Below are positions 12,880-26,086 of a DNA stretch of 63,902 bases, piece by piece. Within the stretch, counting starts at the first letter, position 1. Each line of letters opens with the position of its first letter. Source of the DNA: Rhina ancylostomus (lineage: Eukaryota); NCBI GenBank assembly GCA_030265395.1, contig JARFYF010000053.1, positions 18,947,619 to 19,011,520 on the forward strand. Reading direction: 5' to 3'. The translations under genes were made by a program, and so were the position numbers. Below the pieces are notes generated by a model. The model saw only the letters and a program-made list of their open reading frames with translations, ran no database searches and had not been told where the DNA came from.

Positions 12880-13455
12880 ACCGAATCTGCCGTTGACAAA
12901 GCCATGCTGGCTGTCTCTGATGGAAAACACAATGATGCTGGAGGAACTCAGCAGGCCAGGCAGCATCCGTGAAAAAAACATAGTCAATGTTTTGGGTCAG
13001 NNNNNNNNNNNNNNNNNNNNNNNNNNNNNNNNNNNNNNNNNNNNNNNNNNNNNNNNNNNNNNNNNNNNNNNNNNNNNNNNNNNNNNNNNNNNNNNNNNNN
13101 ACCCATCTACATTTTCATCCAAGTCATTTACATACCTCACAAACAGAGGTCCCAGCACCAATCCCAGTGGACCACCACTGGTTTTGGACCTCCAGCCAGA
13201 ATAACGCCCTTCCATCACTTTCCTCTGTCTTCTACGGGCAAAGCCAATTCTGAATCCAAACTACTCAGTCGTTGTAGATCCCAAGCATCTTAACCTTCTG
13301 GATGAACCTACCATTAGGGAACTTGTCAAATGCCTTACTACAATCCATGTGGACAACATCCATTGCCCTGCCCTCATCAATCACCTATGTCACCTCCTCA
13401 AAAAACTCAAGTTTGTAAGACATGACCTGCACTGCACAAAGCCATGCCGACTGTC
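12880..13455 (-). mobile_element. CR1 RT fragment with a MER6/Penelope-like insert (~12920-13000)
   Basis: SGGPLGLVLGPLFVRYVNDLDENVDG, KAFDKFP, and HGFVQCRSCLTNL motifs on the reverse strand. Confidence 0.88.
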
Positions 13456-13604
13456 ACAAACAATCCACACCTCCAACTCTTAGTCGAAGTATGTTGTTGT
13501 ACCTGCAATACAAACAATAGCATTCCATTTTTTGCAGTGTTTGAACAAGGAATTCCCAACCTGATAGTCAGAAGAAATTCCAAAGAATCAGCATAAAAAA
13601 AAGC

Positions 13605-13742
13605 AATCTTTCAGTCCTGATGCAAGGTCTCGACCCAAAATATCAACAATTCCTTTCCCTCCACAGATGTTCCACCAGCTGATTTCCTCCAGCAGTTTTT
13701 TTTGGTCCAGATTACAGCATCTGAAGTCTCTTGTGTCTCCAG
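13605..13742 (+). mobile_element. Penelope-derived terminal repeat (MER6-like arm) with a degenerate hammerhead
   Basis: cagtcCTGATGcaaggtctcgacccaAAAtatcaac, followed by the cacagatg...ttcctccagca...tcttgtgtctc arm. Confidence 0.7.
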
Positions 13743-15199
13743 AATTCTTTCACAGTTGCTGTTGTATTGGTCTCTGTATCTCCTATTTTAATCAGGGTGC
13801 CAGAGAATGCAGTTTGAATGTAGGCTGACCACAGACTGCAAAAGTGATTTTTAACCAGTTGAAAAATTGTTTCATTTTCCTTTATCAATTTCCTTCTGAT
13901 TCACTTTCTTCCTGCAAAGAATTGATTGTAGATACAACACATGGAAATGGGAAGTCCTTTGGCACCCTGTCCAAGTTGCCATATGTTACATGTGACCTGA
14001 GGCAGGAAGTGGAATATTTCCCTCCTGATTTTAGGCCAGTAGTAGGGCTAAACCTCCACTGCCAATTTGAACCCTCTCTAAACTTTAAGTTATTTTTTAA
14101 GTTAGGCTCATTTTCTTGGATGGACATCTCACAGGCTCCTGACGACCATTTTTGGGGTATGATGCCTGCTTCATCACATGGCCATACCCTCAATAACATA
14201 GGTCCCAGCTTCCATAATTATTTCCTGTAGAGAATTATGAAAAGGTTACTGTCTGGAAGTTGTAGAGCACCCTTTGCAGTGAACTGCTAATGGCCATTTT
14301 AATTGTGAAATTTCTGTTGTGACAAAAGGGGCCTCACGTGGATGGGAAGGTCACCTTTTTGGGGGGAAATCAAGGATCTGGCACTGAAGGATAAGGCCCA
14401 GAGAGTTGAAGAAAGATAGTGAGCCAGGGAGGGGAAAGTACAAAAGATCAAAGATATGCAAGGGACTTACTTTACAGAGGTCACAATCCAATTGTTTTGG
14501 AACTGACTAATGATGGTTGCTCCCAGGATATCCTAGTTAAGGTTACCTCACAGTGCTTCAACAGGTGTATTGCATGAAGAGCAATGTCATCATGTGTGCG
14601 ACTGATACGGAAATAACGGGGCCACGAGGCTGGCTATCAGCAAGATGTGCCCAGTTGAATTTCTGGACTGATGCGAGATGACTGGGAAATAATCACTAAT
14701 ACTTTTCAGAAAAATAATTTCCCATTAAATAACACTGAAAAAAAGGGTTATGCAATTGTTGTTTGATGACAGTTAATGTTTTCAGCAAATACCTGAATTT
14801 CCAAGCAGTACTTTGGTAAAAAGTTTTACTTTTATTTAACTTGTCTTTCTGCTCATTTTAATTTATTCCAAATATTATTTGGAGCCAGTTATTAATTTGG
14901 AGTAACCCAGAAAAGTGCAAAGCTGCACGTTTCTAAAAATGATGAGGAATTCAAGAGGAACTGAACAATTGCACACATTCTTGGAATAGTTCCAATGAGG
15001 TAACATGACACACCATTTTATACAAACAAACTCACAACGTAGTCAGCAAACATTGTGATGTGACCAGAGATTATTGCCAGGGCAAAGTGTAAGGTAATCA
15101 GTTTATACTTCACTAAGAATGCTGGCATGGAATCAGCATCAGTTCAGAACTTAGAGGCAGTTTGAACTCAGAATGAGTGGAAGAATGCCATCAAAGAAA

Positions 15200-15745
15200 A
15201 AATGGAATAACAACAGTTTATGTAGCAGATTTAACTTAGAAAATGTGCCATTTTATTTTACTGATGATGAGGAGAAAAAAGGTGGAAATAATAAAGAATA
15301 TCAATATCAACAGATGGATGTGTTTTGAAAAGTTGTTTTATATAGATGGAGAACTGTGATAGATGGGGAAATGAGGCTGGAGTGGCTCAAAGCTCAGTCA
15401 TTGGTGATGGAGCAAAGAGAAATGTACAGAAATGTCAACATAGTAGAGGATGTAAGGCTTCTGAATGATACCTGAAGAGGTAGAGTTGGGTGAAAACATG
15501 AGACAGAGCTGGATAGAGTGGCAGAATACCGGTAGTGCAGGGCTAAATGTGGGTAGCTGCATACATTTGAGATTATGGAAGATGGAGAATGGGAAATTGG
15601 CAAAAAGATTTGAAGAGATCATTCTGTCTAATTATGACAAAAGTGTGCATTTGGAGCATTTGGCGATAAATTAAAGAAGGGAATGAGAAGCAAGTGGTGA
15701 TTAGTTTTGGTGATGTTGTGTTTGAAGCTCAGGTGGAGATTAAAC
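15200..15745 (-). mobile_element. Decayed L2 LINE fragment
   Basis: Reverse-strand YYVDISVHFSLLH region resembles the L2 RT YADD area and downstream NLGVIF motif. Confidence 0.5.
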
Positions 15746-15769
15746 AGGTGTGAAGATGTCACATTGGAT

Positions 15770-16230
15770 CACAGAATCATTACAGGACAAAAGGATGCCT
15801 ATCAGCCCATTGTGATCATGTCAGCACTTTACAGAAGAATCCTGCCAATCTCATACCCCAACTCTTTTCTTTTGCCCTACAAATTAATTTCCTTCAAGTG
15901 CTTAGCCAATTCACTAATGAAAGCTTCAACTGTTTGTTTCCATCACCCTTAGGAACAGCAAGTTCTAGATGGCAAGAACTTACCACATCTTTGACCATCA
16001 TTTTGTATATGTGTCCTCTTATCATTGAGCCATTAGGTAAAGTGAACAGCTTATCCCCGTGTATCTGAACATATCCTTATCTCACTTCCTTCCATCATAT
16101 ATCTTCTCAATCTTCTTTGTTCCAAGGAGAACAACCCCAACTTCATCAGTCCAACCTTGTACCAGAAATCCTTCCTCCTTACCATTCCAGTGAATCTTTT
16201 CTGATTCCCTTCCAAAGGCATTCAAATCTT
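15770..16230 (-). mobile_element. Old CR1 3' fragment (left arm of the inverted duplication)
   Basis: CR1 3'-tail architecture on the reverse strand. Homologous to 17275-17540 in the opposite orientation. Confidence 0.6.
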
Positions 16231-17049
16231 TCCAGGTATGCAGCTTATGTCAGGGCAAAACATTTGATATAATTTTCCTAACATTTGGTTTAGAGTAAAT
16301 TTTCATTGATTTGCAAGTTGACATCAATCTAATTGTGTAGTAGCGGTTTGGTATTAGCATTCAGGAGTAGGAAGGAAAGGATGTTCAAAATTAGAACTGT
16401 TTTCCTATGGAATGTCAATTAGGACAAGAGGGCATGAATGTGGCTCTGAAACCAAATTTGGTGGGATTTCTTTTCCATGGAAGGAGAAATTTAAATTCTG
16501 TTTCAACCATTTTGGAAGAATAACTAAATTCGGAAGTATTTCTCTCTACTCTGTGCAGTATTAGAACATTAAACGTAGAACATTTTCTTTTCTTAAATTT
16601 TCAGTGAATAATTTTGTAATCTTCTGAGAGATCAAAGATACAACCTGGTACAAAGCAGACAAAAGAATTCCAGCTTGGCTTCTGATGACAGCATTTAAAC
16701 CAGAGGAGCAACTGGGATGGTAAAAGGTTCCAATATCCCTTGACTAAGTAAAGCAAAAATCTTTTGATTACTATCCAACAAACAAGTCTAAAACGTGCAT
16801 TTCTGTGAGTGATTTCATTTATTCATTCACAAGTTTTGAGTATTCCTCCCAAATTCTGCATTTATTGGTCACATCTAATTGCTCTTGAACTGAGTAACTA
16901 TTTCAAAAGAACTGTTGTACATTAACCACTTTGCTTTGGAGCTGGAGCCCATTTTGGGCAGGACTATGTAAGGACAATAGCTTTCCACCAAGGAACAAGA
17001 AAGGTTGAGAAGATGTTTGACAGAGGTGAAAGAGATGAGGGTGTAATTG

Positions 17050-17275
17050 GAAATTGGTAATTGATTTATTATTGTAATATGTAGCAAGATACAGTAAAAA
17101 ACTTTGTTTTACATGCCATCCATACAGGTCATTTCAAAACATAAGTACCCTGAGGTAGTACAAGGGAAAAGCAATAATAGAATGCAGAATATAGTGTTAC
17201 AGTTGCAAAGAAAGTGCAGTGCAGGCAGACAATAAGGTGCAAGGTAGACTGTGAGGTCAAGATCTCATCTTTATC
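17050..17275 (-). mobile_element. Rex1/Babar LINE 3' tail
   Basis: aattgatttattattgtaatatgtagcaagatacagtaaaaaactttg tail. The same family tail occurs at 46920-47060 (+). Confidence 0.6.
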
Positions 17276-18478
17276 GGACAAGGATGTGTTCAAATACACG
17301 GAGTTATTCACTTCATGACTCAATGACACATATATAAAGTGATGGTCAAAGATGTGATGAGTTTTTACTATCTGGAACTCACAGTCTCTAAGGGTGCTGG
17401 AAGCAGAGACAGTTGAAGCTTTCATTAGTGAATTGGCTAAGCACTTGAAGGAAACTAATTTCTAGGGCAAAAGGAAAGAGATGGGGTTTAAGATTGACAG
17501 AACTCTGCAATAAAGTGTTGACATGATCACAATGAACTGGAGGGAGCTTTTATAACAATCCAATGATTTCATTGGCATTGTTCCTGATTTGAGTTTTTAT
17601 TGCAGAATTTATAGATTAAATGAACTCCCTAGAAGAAATTACAGGTCTCTAAAGTTTGTCGAAGCTTCTGAAGGGCTGATCTAAACCATTGTGTCACTTT
17701 ACCCACATCAAGCTTGACTCCACTATCCATCATAGTGAGAAGTATGAAAAGTGGACAAAGGCAATAGTTATTCATATCCTAAGATCAGCCATGATCTTCT
17801 TGAATGATGGAGCAAGCATAGAAGTCAAAATAACTTGGTCCTGGTTCTATCTCTTTTGTTTTTATACTCCTTTTTAAAAAAGGCCCATATTAAGTTGGAT
17901 TTAACTTCAGAAATCACTTATATTTAGAGTATTAATAATTCACATGTTCCTAAAAAGATAATTTTTCTTTGAATTACAGTTCCAATTTTTTAAATGTCTA
18001 TATAAAGAACATGAACACACTTTTTTTCAAGATACTTAGAACATTTAAGAAAGGGGAGGGAAGTGTGTGTAGTGTGGAGAAGATAAACTCTTGTGAAAGC
18101 TGCGTGTTGAAATATATAGTGGTCTGTTGTTGTTGAGGAACTTTTAAGTAATTGTCATTATCTGCTCAACACATGAGGAACTGTTATCATTATGGTTCAC
18201 ATTTCTAGGTATTAGACATATATCTGCTAGGTTATGTTTTCTGCTTAAGACAAGAGCATTTATAGTAATCTCAAAACTTGCAACAGTTAATGCAAAATGT
18301 GCGAAAATGCCTCTGTGGATTTTAATTATGTTATCAAAAGTTCTGTAAACTCCGTAGCAAAGGCTCAACATTTTAGCAGTTAAGAAATTGATATTATTTT
18401 TCTTTATCACTAGTTATTCATTTTCCTTGATATGATTTTTCAAAAATTGTAGAAACCTTTTGCACTAATCTCTTTCAG

Positions 18479-18579
18479 ATTTTACAGAGTTTGAAGATGA
18501 CTGATGGAGATTTGAAATTATGCCAATGGAGCAAGATATAAGATACTTCGTAAATATTTTTTCTGATTTTATCCATTCA
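18479..18579 (+). CDS. Candidate exon 1 of an unidentified spliced small ORF (MPMEQDIRYFVNIFSDFIHS from ATG 18520)
   Basis: Branch/acceptor ttttgcactaatctctttcag| and donor TCA|gtaagt. Ends in phase 0. An in-frame TGA lies at 18502-18504, upstream of the ATG. Confidence 0.3.
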
Positions 18580-19799
18580 GTAAGTAACCTATTATTCTTC
18601 TTGTAAAATACATTTCCTCTACTTTGTCTCTTAAAAAATGGATGTGTACTGAGATATCTCTCATGATCACTGTCTGCCCTCTGGTGCCCTATCATTCTTT
18701 TGGTATGAATCTTGGCAGATGGCCTAAACTTAACCCCTCGGTGCTCACCCTACTGAAATCTTTTCATTTCATTTAAATGGGGCAGGAAATTGCAGCTGAA
18801 AACACGGAAGTTGACAAAGGATTGCTAAACGATTTAACAACAGTATAGGCATTTCAGACCTTGATTGTATATCTGGATTCACTTCACAACGATAAGCTGA
18901 AGAAAGCTTGGTTCATTTTTGGGACAATGGTGGTGCTCCTCGTATAACACTGGTGCAGATAACTTAACTCAGTAGAGACTCATTGTTTGACCTTGGTCTG
19001 ATGTTGATATCTATGTAACTCCGTTGTAAAAATTTGGCAGAAATTTGCCTTTGGTCCTGGTTGCAATCATGTGCGAGAGTGTAATCTGCTGACTGTACTC
19101 CCCAATTTGGTCCGTTGAATGCACTGAATCATGAAATGGTTACAGCACAGAAGAAGGCCATTGTATCCAGAGCAAAATACAATGGAATCACTGTTAACTG
19201 TTGAATATGCAGAGATGAGTACTGTTCAAGAAGAATATTCTCAGATGCATTTAGCACTGGCAACCAAAGTTAAGTTTCTCCCCCTGATAAATTTCCTCAT
19301 GATAAGTTCCATGNNNNNNNNNNGAACAAAAACCTTTCTTTCTGAACAAACTTTTGTCATGTTTCATGTTAGCAATCCCTACAGACGTCTCAACTGCAGT
19401 TAGTCACTGAGGGACCATTGTCAATAAATGGCAAAGAAAACTGAAGTTCTTACCCCTCTCCCAGGTTTCATCATTCCTCTTGAGAGGAAATGCAGCTAAG
19501 ATGATCTTAGGTGAACAGTCATTATGCTTGCAATCGTGCACACAAAGTGTGAATGCTCACGTCTCCTTTCAGCTTAACCACTGTACTGAGGCTGAGACTG
19601 TGCTCATGTTTGGATCCAAGCAGTCTTGGTGGAACTCAAATTTAGCATTAGTGATTGGTGAGGAAATGCACATCGCTGAAAATTGCCCTGTTTGTCCTGT
19701 CTATAAAAAGCAGAACAAATCTAATCCATCTAAGCATTATATGTTCCCAACCACCAGCAAAATGGTGTAAGGTGCTCCTAACTGTGCCCTTAAATGACA

Positions 19800-20620
19800 A
19801 GGGGACTGACCACCTGCTCTCTCTCTGCCCTAGCCAACTGGAGCTCCCAGTTGCAAGCCATTTTAGTACTCCTCTGCATTTCCACATGAACCCATCAGTC
19901 CTCAGCCTCCTCCACTGCTGGGTGAGGCCAAATGCAAACTAGAGGAACAGCGCCTCATATTCCACCTGGGTAGCTGACAACCTGACGGCATGGACATTGA
20001 ATTCTGCAGTTTAAGGTAACCTGCTCCCCCTCTGTTCCTTTCTCTCTCCTGATCTTCGCAGGTCCTCTCACACGCACACATCTTTCCAAACCCCATTCCC
20101 CAGCTCCACATCACCTAGTTTCTTTTCCTTTCCCCACCTACTCCATCTGCCCATCTCCTGCACACTCCTCCGACTGGATCCCTCCCCCAACAGTTCCTAT
20201 TTGTCCACCCCACCTCCCTTATTTTGTTCCATACTCTACCTTCCTTTCCTTTTTCCTTTTTTCCTTTTTCCTTTTTTCCTTTTTTTCCTTTTTCTATAAT
20301 CTGCAGCCCTTTGTTGCCTCCATCTATCACCTCCAAGTCTCTGTCACTGTCTCCACCCTTCCCTCCCCCACCTGCCTCCATCTGCCAATCAAACTGTCCT
20401 CACCCTGATCCACCTTTCACTTGCCAACTCTTGCACCACCTCCCCCTCACCTCTTTATACGGGCTATCTCCCCTCTATTCTTTCAGTCCAGATGAAGGGT
20501 CTTGACCCAAAACATTGACTATGCATTTCCTTCTACAGATGCTGCCTGACCTGCTGAATTCTGCCAGCAGATCATTTTTTTTGCTCCAGATTTTGGCATC
20601 GGCAGTTTCTTGTGTCTCTG
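19800..20620 (+). mobile_element. Penelope-like element 3' portion
   Basis: ELPVASHFS...LSLLHC...KLEEQRLIFHLGS*QPDGMDIEF (GIY-YIG C-terminus), a long CT-rich tract including (TTTTTCC)n at ~20240-20292, and a hammerhead remnant at 20484-20520. Confidence 0.88.
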
Positions 20621-21939
20621 CTTCATTGCTTTCTTGATTGGTAACCTTTCACATGATTAGACTTCACTTCTTTCTCCAGCAGGGCACCTTGCCCACAGTC
20701 CATAAGATTTACTGCAGCAACCCATAAGGAATCTTTCAATCACACCTCCTAGACCCACAAGTTCTAAACTAAATTTATGATAACCCCAATTTCCTCATTG
20801 TTCCTCTTTCTCATCCACTCTGCATTGTTCAGAAGTGCCTGTTCTTCTGAATGAATCTAAGGACTAATTCTATCAGTGAACACACCACAGATTCTGGCAA
20901 CACTCAGCTCCATGATATCTACATCTGAGTTGTATCTACATCTGCATATGCCTGTATCTATAGTGTTGTCTTCCTGCACGACGACAAGGTCACTGCAACC
21001 GAAGACAAATTCAGTGCCCTCAGCTGGACAGCTGGAGTTAATGTTGAGCTGCTCTTTATGCTTAAGGCTTTGACAATATTGATATCAAATATTTGTCTTG
21101 GTTCTGGCAGTGATCTTGCCCCACTATGGCAGTTGCTTCCACCTTTGGTCCTGTTGCTACCTAAGAGAAAAAGTCCATTCTGACTTGGAAAAAAATCTAC
21201 CTAGAAATTCACCCTGGTGAATATGCTACACTATTTCTGAATGCATTGTAAAGTAATGGCTGAACGTTCAACATAGCTTCAGAAATGCTTTCTGTTTGAG
21301 GCCAATTTTGGAATCAGATTAGTTCACAAAGTCATGAGGTTAGTACTACAGACTGGGAATGAGTTTAAAGATAATCACCTTTGTTTTATCACTCTCAAAT
21401 CAAATCACTGAATTATCTCCCAGAAAATACAATAAGAGCAGCTTTGCTACACGGAAGGTGGTTCACCACTATTTTGTTTATAATTAGAGAAGAACAATAA
21501 ATGTTCGCCTTGCAAGGACCTTTCATCCCATGGATAAATAAAAGAACCTGAAATAAACATGAACTTTGGAAGCTTACAAAAGAAGGGCTCCTAAATGACA
21601 TTTTATCCCTGTCACCAGTTCAATTAAACTGAGGGTCCTGTTAAAAAGAAAATAGCTCTATCAATTCAGAAGTGAAGCACAAGAAATTAATAGGCTGAGT
21701 TGTCCTGGACTCAGTCCCATTGCCCAGATTCACTACCCTACCATGCTCTTTAGTCAGCTTGAGTTACTTTCTCTGGATACAGTGTGCCAGATGAGTTGAC
21801 CCCTGAAACCAATAAGCAGAGGCAGAGCAGTATCCAAGTTCAGCACTGCATCCTCAGCACTGCTCCCTGAATATCATGTCAAATTTTAACAGCTTCCAGG
21901 TATCAAAGAATTTTGAACAGTTGTTAACTGTCTCTGATA

Positions 21940-22270
21940 GTAAGAGACATTTTAAAGCTGCTAATTTATATAATTAAAATGTTTTGAATAATTAAAATAA
22001 TTTCAATTAAATGTATCTTAAAACAATTAAAATATTAACATAAAGTAAAGTAATTCAATCACATACCTTTTTATACAGGGTTGGCAAGCCCAATCAAATG
22101 AATGGGGGTCTCCAAATGAATGCCAGCCCTCCTTACTTAAAGTTGAGGGCTGGATGTGAAGAGCATCTCTTCAGCATGACAATGCTTTGTCACCTATTCT
22201 ATGGTGAATCCAGCAGCAGAGCAAACAGTCAAATGCACTAGCATATGACATTTAGCACTTTTCCACATCC
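21940..22270. repeat. Unclassified interspersed repeat (second copy at ~45100-45420)
   Basis: Both copies share an A/T-rich block ending ..aaagtaaa.taattcaa...tacct, followed by gggtt..gca.cc...tcaaatgaatg.gg. Confidence 0.5.
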
Positions 22271-22329
22271 ACATGTGATTGCACACCTCAGGTCTGGGAT
22301 ACATGGCTGATAACTAATTGTTCCCTTTG

Positions 22330-22485
22330 GAAATAAAAGCAGAAAAAAGCTGAAACCACTCAGTAGGTCATCTGATGAAGTGTCTTCAACATGAATTTTT
22401 TTTCTTTCCACAGATGTGGCCTGCTTTGCTGAGTGTATCCAGCATTTCCTGCTTTTATTTCAGATTTCCAACATCTGCAGTTTTT
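22330..22485. mobile_element. MER6-like palindromic Penelope derivative
   Basis: Imperfect inverted arms gaaataaaagcagaaaaaagctgaaaccactcag / ctgagtgtatccagcatttcctgcttttatttc around a ctgatgaag core. Confidence 0.65.
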
Positions 22486-23589
22486 GAAATTCATTCCCTT
22501 CAGAAATCCTGGCTATCAAACATTGTGATTTGGCCCATTAACTGTCTCATGGATGGATTCTCTGCATTATAAATTAATACTTCCAAGCAGTAAAGAAAAT
22601 GTTTTCATGAACCTGCTGTGGTTTGCTAAGATTTAGAAACTGCTTCAGAATGAGCCATTAATTAATTGTTGTCCATTTAGTTTATGAACAGTATAAATAA
22701 AATCCAACAATTAATCTGAAAAACTCCAGTTATTTAGTTACTGGAATGGACATTGTGAAGTCAGGCAGGATGTCTTCAGCTTCTTTCACAGAACGACATT
22801 TCTTAGATATCTCAACATGAGGTTTTAGCTTGGTTACTAGAACGGAAATAGAGCACGAATGATGTGCTCAGTCACAAGTAGGCTACTTGTCACTTTTGTA
22901 TGAATTTCTGGGCATTTTGTGTATTTCTGGGTATGTCAGGACACTAGCCTTTGCTTTACATGAAATATACTTGCAGCAATTCACAGAATGTTCCTACATT
23001 CAGTGTTCAGTTTACAAGAAACTCAATATCTATTTATTCTATCTGCTCTTCTCCCTGTTCAACTCCCACTTCTGCTATCATGGCTCTCAGTACAAGTCAT
23101 CACAATGCAGGAAGGATGTGATAGCACTCAAAAGGGTGCAAGCACTCAAAGGGGTGCAGAGTAGGGTCACAAGGATGTTAACAGGGCGCATGTACTTTAG
23201 AAATTAAGGTCCATGGCTGAGATTATTTTCCCTGTCCTGTTTTAGGATTATAAAGCCAAGTGCAACACTCATCCTGCAGGCTTGACTGAAATCAGCTTTG
23301 TAAAAAATAATATCACTGCAAAATATGTTTCATTGAGTGCGAATAAACAATTTGAGAAGTACCTTGAAAGTAAATAACATTTATTCCAGAGTTCTCCATG
23401 TTTTCCTCATATCATTCTCCATACTCAGCATGTGAGTCTGCCATAGAGTAAGNNNNNNNNNNNNNNNNNNNNNNNNNNNNNNNNNNNNNNNNNNNNNNNN
23501 NNNNNNNNNNNNNNNNNNNNNNNNNNNNNNNNNNNNNNNNNTTGAATGAGCAAAAACTCATGATTAGTCACTGTAACTTCAATGTAAAG

Positions 23590-24520
23590 ACTTGATGCAA
23601 TGGGATTTGAGTTCAGATTCAAGCACAGGAGAAATAAAGAGTAGCGCATGCTGATCATTGAGTGTGAGTCTTGTAACTGCATCAAGCTGTGCATGGAGCC
23701 TTAGTATCCAAGCTAAGGTTTTACCTGTCCTCAGTGTTGTGAAGGATGGGCCTGTCCTTGCTGCTGTGTAAAGTTCCATTCAATTAATCTGCCCTGTACC
23801 TCGTAGAAAAGTTTCTGAGGAAAAACACTTTTGATCACGCTGATTGAGCAGTGGTCTGTACAAAATGTCCTGAAGGCCCTACAGGAGAAAGAGATCATTA
23901 ATGCTGTTGGATGGTTCCTCAAACAGACTGTCCAGGTTATTTGGCAGAATGACTCATCATCAAAACCATCAAACAAACATCAAGACCTCATCAAGCATCA
24001 ATTGCTTGGTTGACATTGAAAACAACCTTCTCATCAGATCTTCATACACTACCAGAGTCTCATTTCCACTGGATGGGGCTCTGAGCAGATGAGTCATCTG
24101 TTTCCCTGCATTTACCAAGGACATCTGGAAAGGGATGGAGAAGTCTATGTCTATCTCTATCCTGAGCAGCTGCATAACACAGGACTCTACACTCAGTGGG
24201 CTGTTCTCAGGTTCACATATTGAGAAAAACATCACCTGCTGCTGGAAGATTGTCAACTCAGTGAAAGATACTTGTTGATCTGCCTGAAACTTGCAGGGTC
24301 TTCCAGTACAGGAAGGCTTCTACAAGCAAATGTTGCTAACTGGCGTGTTCCAGGGTGCTATGGGACACACTGAAGCTTGATGCAGCCACCAAGGGAAAGG
24401 CCACCATGTAGGATCCTGCCACATTGGATGCTAAGGTTCTGGGCCCTGTAAAACAGTCTCTCAAACATTTCACTGATGCAATAGTTGAGGGTGAAAAAGG
24501 TGAATACATTTAATTGCTTG
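23590..24520 (+). mobile_element. Tx1-like (L1 clade) retrotransposon, 3' ORF2 fragment
   Basis: Frameshifted motifs QWSVQNVLKALQEKE, VIWQNDSSSKPSNKHQDL, QDSTLSGLFSGSH.E.NITCCWKIVNSVKD..*SA*NL and LWDTLKLDAA, typical of Tx1 zf-RVT C-termini. Confidence 0.75.
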
Positions 24521-25318
24521 ATACAATAAATGAAGATAATGATATTTCCTGAATGAATTGCTGCATCTATTATGAAATAAAGTCTATTTTTGTAACTGTG
24601 AATGGAAATGGAAATGTGATGCCACATTGACATGGTTTACATATTGTAAGTAAATGTAACAAATTACTTGAGAGAAGGAAGACAATGCAATGTCCTGTTC
24701 TGTGTACATTATGAATGAAATGTCTGTTTAGAAAAAAAAGTATTGTAATTGTTAAAGGAAGAACAGTGCAAGATGGTGGGAGAGATCCAATTTGGCTGTA
24801 TCAGGAACTTTGGCATTAATGATGAAATGCATGAATTCTTCATTTCTTATAAATAATGTCTAAAGATGTTTTTCACACAAATAATATTGTTGGAATTGAG
24901 GGTGAGTGCAAAAGTGTGTCTACTCAAGATAAAGCCATGTGAGTTTAAGAAAGCATATTTTACAAATAAAGATGGGCTGTGGTACATATGCAAAGATGAT
25001 GCACCTCTTGGTGCAACTTAAACCCAAAGACATTTCATTCAATAACGTGAAGGAGATTTGGCAGAATTAATTTAATCTGGTACCTTCAGACTCTTAGAAA
25101 GCTACTAATAGTGTACAAAATATCAGTGTTAATGCTGTATGTGGGCAAATGACTGTTGCAGAAGTGGGAGCATTGATACTAAGCCCCAGTTACATAAGTG
25201 AGTATGCCAAGACAGGTGATGTAGGCAAGAAAAGACACAACCAATGGAAAGGAGATCAGTTACAACAATCATGCCAGTTCATGTGAAAGATATGCTTCAA
25301 CTTCAAAAAGAAATGACA

Positions 25319-25383
25319 GTGACTCAGTGTGACTCAGTGTGTTAGGGTAGACTCAGAAATAGACTCAGTGTGTTAGGGTAGAC
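25319..25383. repeat. Short tandem duplication (gactcagtgtgttagggtagac x2 plus partial units)
   Basis: Direct repeats are visible. Contains two TGACTCA motifs. Confidence 0.8.
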
Positions 25384-25968
25384 CTAATATTGCCAGACAG
25401 GATATTGGCAATGAAGTAGGATCCCAATAAATGGCCAGCACTTGTGATAGAAAGTCTCAAAGGAAAGGGTTGTACAGTACTGAAGCTGGTGAGTCATATG
25501 AAAGGTGAAGTAACAGCATATGTGCCACCAGCAACTATTAAGAAAATTGCAGCATTTTAAAATTGAAGAGAAATTTAATGATCAGTGCATTGATCAGAAC
25601 ATTTACACAATCATTGGCAGAGCTCAAAATTTTCCTCTGAAAATAGTTTATTGAAGATCATAGTTAGCTATGGCCAAATTACTTCATCCACCTTGTGTGG
25701 TTAATGGCATGGCAAGATCAGCAAAGGTTTGGATTATGACCACAACACTACTATCTCGCTTAAAAGTGAAAATAGTTTGGAACTCGATCTTTTTTTCTTT
25801 CAAAATCTGCACATATTGGGGTGACTGGGCTGAGATCTTTAAAATAATGAAAAAAAAAGAAATTCTATTTGTGTCAATCGATTCTTCCTGTTTGATAAAG
25901 GGAACCAGGAGACGTGTAAAATTACACGTAAAAATTAACTGTTCACCTTTCTGCATTGGCTTTTGCAG

Positions 25969-26086
25969 AAAACTGTCATTCAGGGAGAATGGTTCAAAAG
26001 GGAGTTGATTCAGCTTCTTAATGCAGCAAATATCACAGAGCATGTGGTCTCATGGAAATCAATTCTATCTTTCTTTCAGAGACAGG
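25969..26086 (+). CDS. Candidate exon 2 (KTVIQGEWFKRELIQLLNAANITEHVVSWKSILSFFQRQ)
   Basis: Strong acceptor ttaactgttcacctttctgcattggcttttgcag| and donor AGG|gtaatt. Only the phase-0 frame is open, matching the end phase of exon 18479-18579. Confidence 0.35.

Noticed and set aside
13844-14230. Overlapping 128-aa and 104-aa ORFs in unique sequence
   Set aside because: No recognisable motif, non-ATG starts and no convincing donor site.
18502-18504. In-frame TGA in candidate exon 1 read as selenocysteine
   Set aside because: No redox-motif context, no similarity to selenoprotein families I know, and no SECIS identified.
18777-18947. MGQEIAAE...TTV*AFQTL...WFIFGTMVVLLV* as a read-through tail-anchored peptide
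   Set aside because: Short, with an internal TAG lacking read-through context; compatible with chance.
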